Shown here: positions 35,480 through 36,921 of the stretch, one piece after another | Layout: each line of letters begins with the position of its first letter | Position numbering within the stretch: the stretch's first letter is position 1 | Source of the DNA: an uncultured Candidatus Saccharibacteria bacterium | Lineage (GTDB): Bacteria > Patescibacteriota > Dojkabacteria > SC72 | Length of the DNA stretch: 36,921 bases | Assembly: GCA_964593535.1 (NCBI GenBank) | Contig: CAZQHF010000002.1 | Location: 1-36,921, forward strand | Direction: 5' to 3' | The notes under the pieces: model-generated | The model's database searches: none | Seen by the model: the letters and a program-made list of their open reading frames with translations, nothing else | What the model was told of the DNA's origin: nothing | Position numbers and translations under genes: made by a program

Positions 35480-36778
35480 TTATGCTTTTAAAGCAGCATT
35501 CTTCAGTGTGTCCCAGACGACAGCACGCATAATCTTACAATATGAAGCTGGTTGATGACCTCCATTTAGTAATCTAGTATGGTGACAACCACCCGAGCAA
35601 GTATATTTTACAAAACAATCTTGGCATTCTGGGTAATTAAGTAAATTCAATTCCTTAAGTTTTTCAACTTGGGTTTGATTAATTTCTACACCATCCTTGG
35701 TTACTTGTCCGATTACAAACACATCAACCAATGGATCAGATTTCTTCGTAACACGGGTGCAACAAGAGATAATTCCCTCTGGCATCACAGCCATGGATTC
35801 ACCATCAGCATTACAATAACGCAAACTTATGTTATTTAAACAGTCTGAAGGTGTAATAAAGGTCATCCCAAGCTCGGTGGCTCGTTTCTTGGCTAAGAGA
35901 TAGTTTTTGACGAAGATTTCTGGATCAACATCATCGACACCATCTTTTCCTCTTCCTGTTGCAGAGAAAGGCGCTGCACTAATTTCTTTACATCCATGAG
36001 ATGCACAGAGTTCCAAGAATTCAAGCATAGTATCTTGATTCAAACCAGTGACTGTGGTCCGAACCGCAAAAGACACTTCATTTTCAACCAAAGCTTTCAT
36101 TCCAGCCAACACATCATTGAAAGAGCCAGTTCCATCGGCTTTTGGACGAAGCACATTCTGGATCTCCTCAATTCCATCCATTGATAAAACAACGGAGAAA
36201 TTGTGTTCCTTTAAGAATTTGGCTTTTTCATCATCTATAAGAGTTCCGTTTGTCACTAACGAAAAACTAATAGTCCAACCCTCCGGCAAGAGTTCCATGG
36301 CATAGTTCACAGCCTTAACCATAACTTGCCATCGCACAAGGGTCTCTCCTGTTCCATGGAAACTTAATTCAACATCCGTATCATTACGCTCGTTGGCATA
36401 TACATACAATTGCTGAATAGATTTCTCAACCAATTCCCAAGGAAGATTACAGAAGTTAATACCTGCACAGGCATAACAATAAATACACCGTAGATTACAG
36501 GCAGAAGTCAAAGAAATAGTAACCTCTCTACTGTTAAACGGTCCATCCTTCGCTATGCGGGGCATCGCAGCTTCTTCAAAGAAGCCCTCTGATACAAGGT
36601 GTTGATGGAAATAGTGTGTTTCTGGTTTACCTGAATCCAAGTAATTCCAAACTATTCCCATAGCTTCTGCTGGCACTGAAAAGAATTTACCAAGCAAGGG
36701 AGCATGTACAACACCAAACCCATCTTGATATACAAAAAAGATGTTTGGGTGAATCTGTTTCCATTGCAAGTTGCTCAT
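35480..36778 (-). CDS. Radical SAM enzyme with a C-terminal SPASM domain (peptide-modifying maturase type)
   Basis: 432 aa. CNLRCIYCYA (CxxxCxxC), a GTGETL GGE-like motif, and a full SPASM Cys pattern (C-x13-G-x4-C ... CQDCFVKYTCSGGC = Cx2Cx5Cx3C ... YCKIM). About 90 aa precede the cluster motif. SD sequence AAGGAG lies upstream of the ATG. Confidence 0.9.
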   Translation of the reverse strand: MSNLQWKQIHPNIFFVYQDGFGVVHAPLLGKFFSVPAEAMGIVWNYLDSGKPETHYFHQHLVSEGFFEEAAMPRIAKDGPFNSREVTISLTSACNLRCIYCYACAGINFCNLPWELVEKSIQQLYVYANERNDTDVELSFHGTGETLVRWQVMVKAVNYAMELLPEGWTISFSLVTNGTLIDDEKAKFLKEHNFSVVLSMDGIEEIQNVLRPKADGTGSFNDVLAGMKALVENEVSFAVRTTVTGLNQDTMLEFLELCASHGCKEISAAPFSATGRGKDGVDDVDPEIFVKNYLLAKKRATELGMTFITPSDCLNNISLRYCNADGESMAVMPEGIISCCTRVTKKSDPLVDVFVIGQVTKDGVEINQTQVEKLKELNLLNYPECQDCFVKYTCSGGCHHTRLLNGGHQPASYCKIMRAVVWDTLKNAALKA

Positions 36779-36865
36779 GAGTTTTACTCCTTATTTTGTG
36801 TTTTTAAAAGAGCTACATAACACCATATTTTAATATACACAAAGAAAGAAGTAAATACTATAAAG

Positions 36866-36900
36866 ATGGTGGGCGATATTAAAACGCATGGAACTTAAAA
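36866..36900 (+). repeat. 35-nt bipartite intergenic repeat, copy 3
   Basis: ATGGTGGGCGATATTAAAACGCATGGAACTTAAAA. Lies about 90 nt upstream of the rSAM start, on the other strand. Confidence 0.75.
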
Positions 36901-36921
36901 ATGAAATTGTATTGTATACAA

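Noticed and set aside
32307-36900. The 35-nt repeats read as a CRISPR array, integron attC sites, or ECF-sigma promoters (GGAACTT resembles an ECF -35 box).
   Set aside because: The copies are 1.7-2.8 kb apart with genes between them, so this is not a CRISPR array. I see no imperfect-palindrome attC architecture and no integrase. Downstream of GGAACTT there is no conserved -10-like element at a fixed distance across the three copies. The repeat itself is real; these specific interpretations are unsupported.
1-36921. Possibility of an alternative genetic code (UGA recoded, as in some candidate phyla), or of tRNA or rRNA genes in the spacers.
   Set aside because: Long conserved proteins (GyrB, PilB, Clp) translate uninterrupted under the standard code. 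TGA terminates the small peptide ORF sensibly. None of the short intergenic spacers I read has cloverleaf-like GC-rich stems.

Overview
This is a low-GC, tightly packed bacterial window. Most genes lack a Shine-Dalgarno sequence. I saw no rRNA, tRNA, CRISPR array, transposase or integrase. The style suggests a reduced monoderm or CPR/Patescibacteria-like genome, but that is inference only.

Layout:
- 1-4977 (-): holB-like, gyrB, gyrA (gyrA runs off the window edge).
- 5145-24370 (+): a complete type IV pilus locus with no secretin gene. It holds pilB, pilT, pilC, a major pilin, pilD, three minor pilins, a PilX-like protein and a CheY-like regulator, followed by pilM, pilN and pilO. An insert of about 7 kb (14809-21876) splits the locus.
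- 24371-29599 (-): KH protein, rpsP, rnc, nusB, rpmF, a membrane-anchored two-ring Clp-type AAA+ ATPase and a small membrane partner.
- 29653-36921: an accessory-looking stretch with dus, an Mpg-type glycosylase, hypotheticals, an NlpC/P60-like protein, a SAM methyltransferase and an S41 peptidase. It ends in a more GC-rich, SD-bearing pair: a radical SAM/SPASM maturase and an untracked 29-aa Cys-rich peptide.

Best candidates for something new:
1. The pilus-embedded module. It consists of a decayed 3' relic of a third paralog, a membrane-anchored protein, and two tandem secreted paralogs of about 1000 aa with modular Cys-rich N-termini and a near-identical recombined patch.
2. The minimal RiPP-like pair.
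3. A 35-nt bipartite direct repeat that brackets the accessory genes.
4. An N-terminal low-complexity module carrying an 'INLxPS' motif, shared by PilT and PilN.
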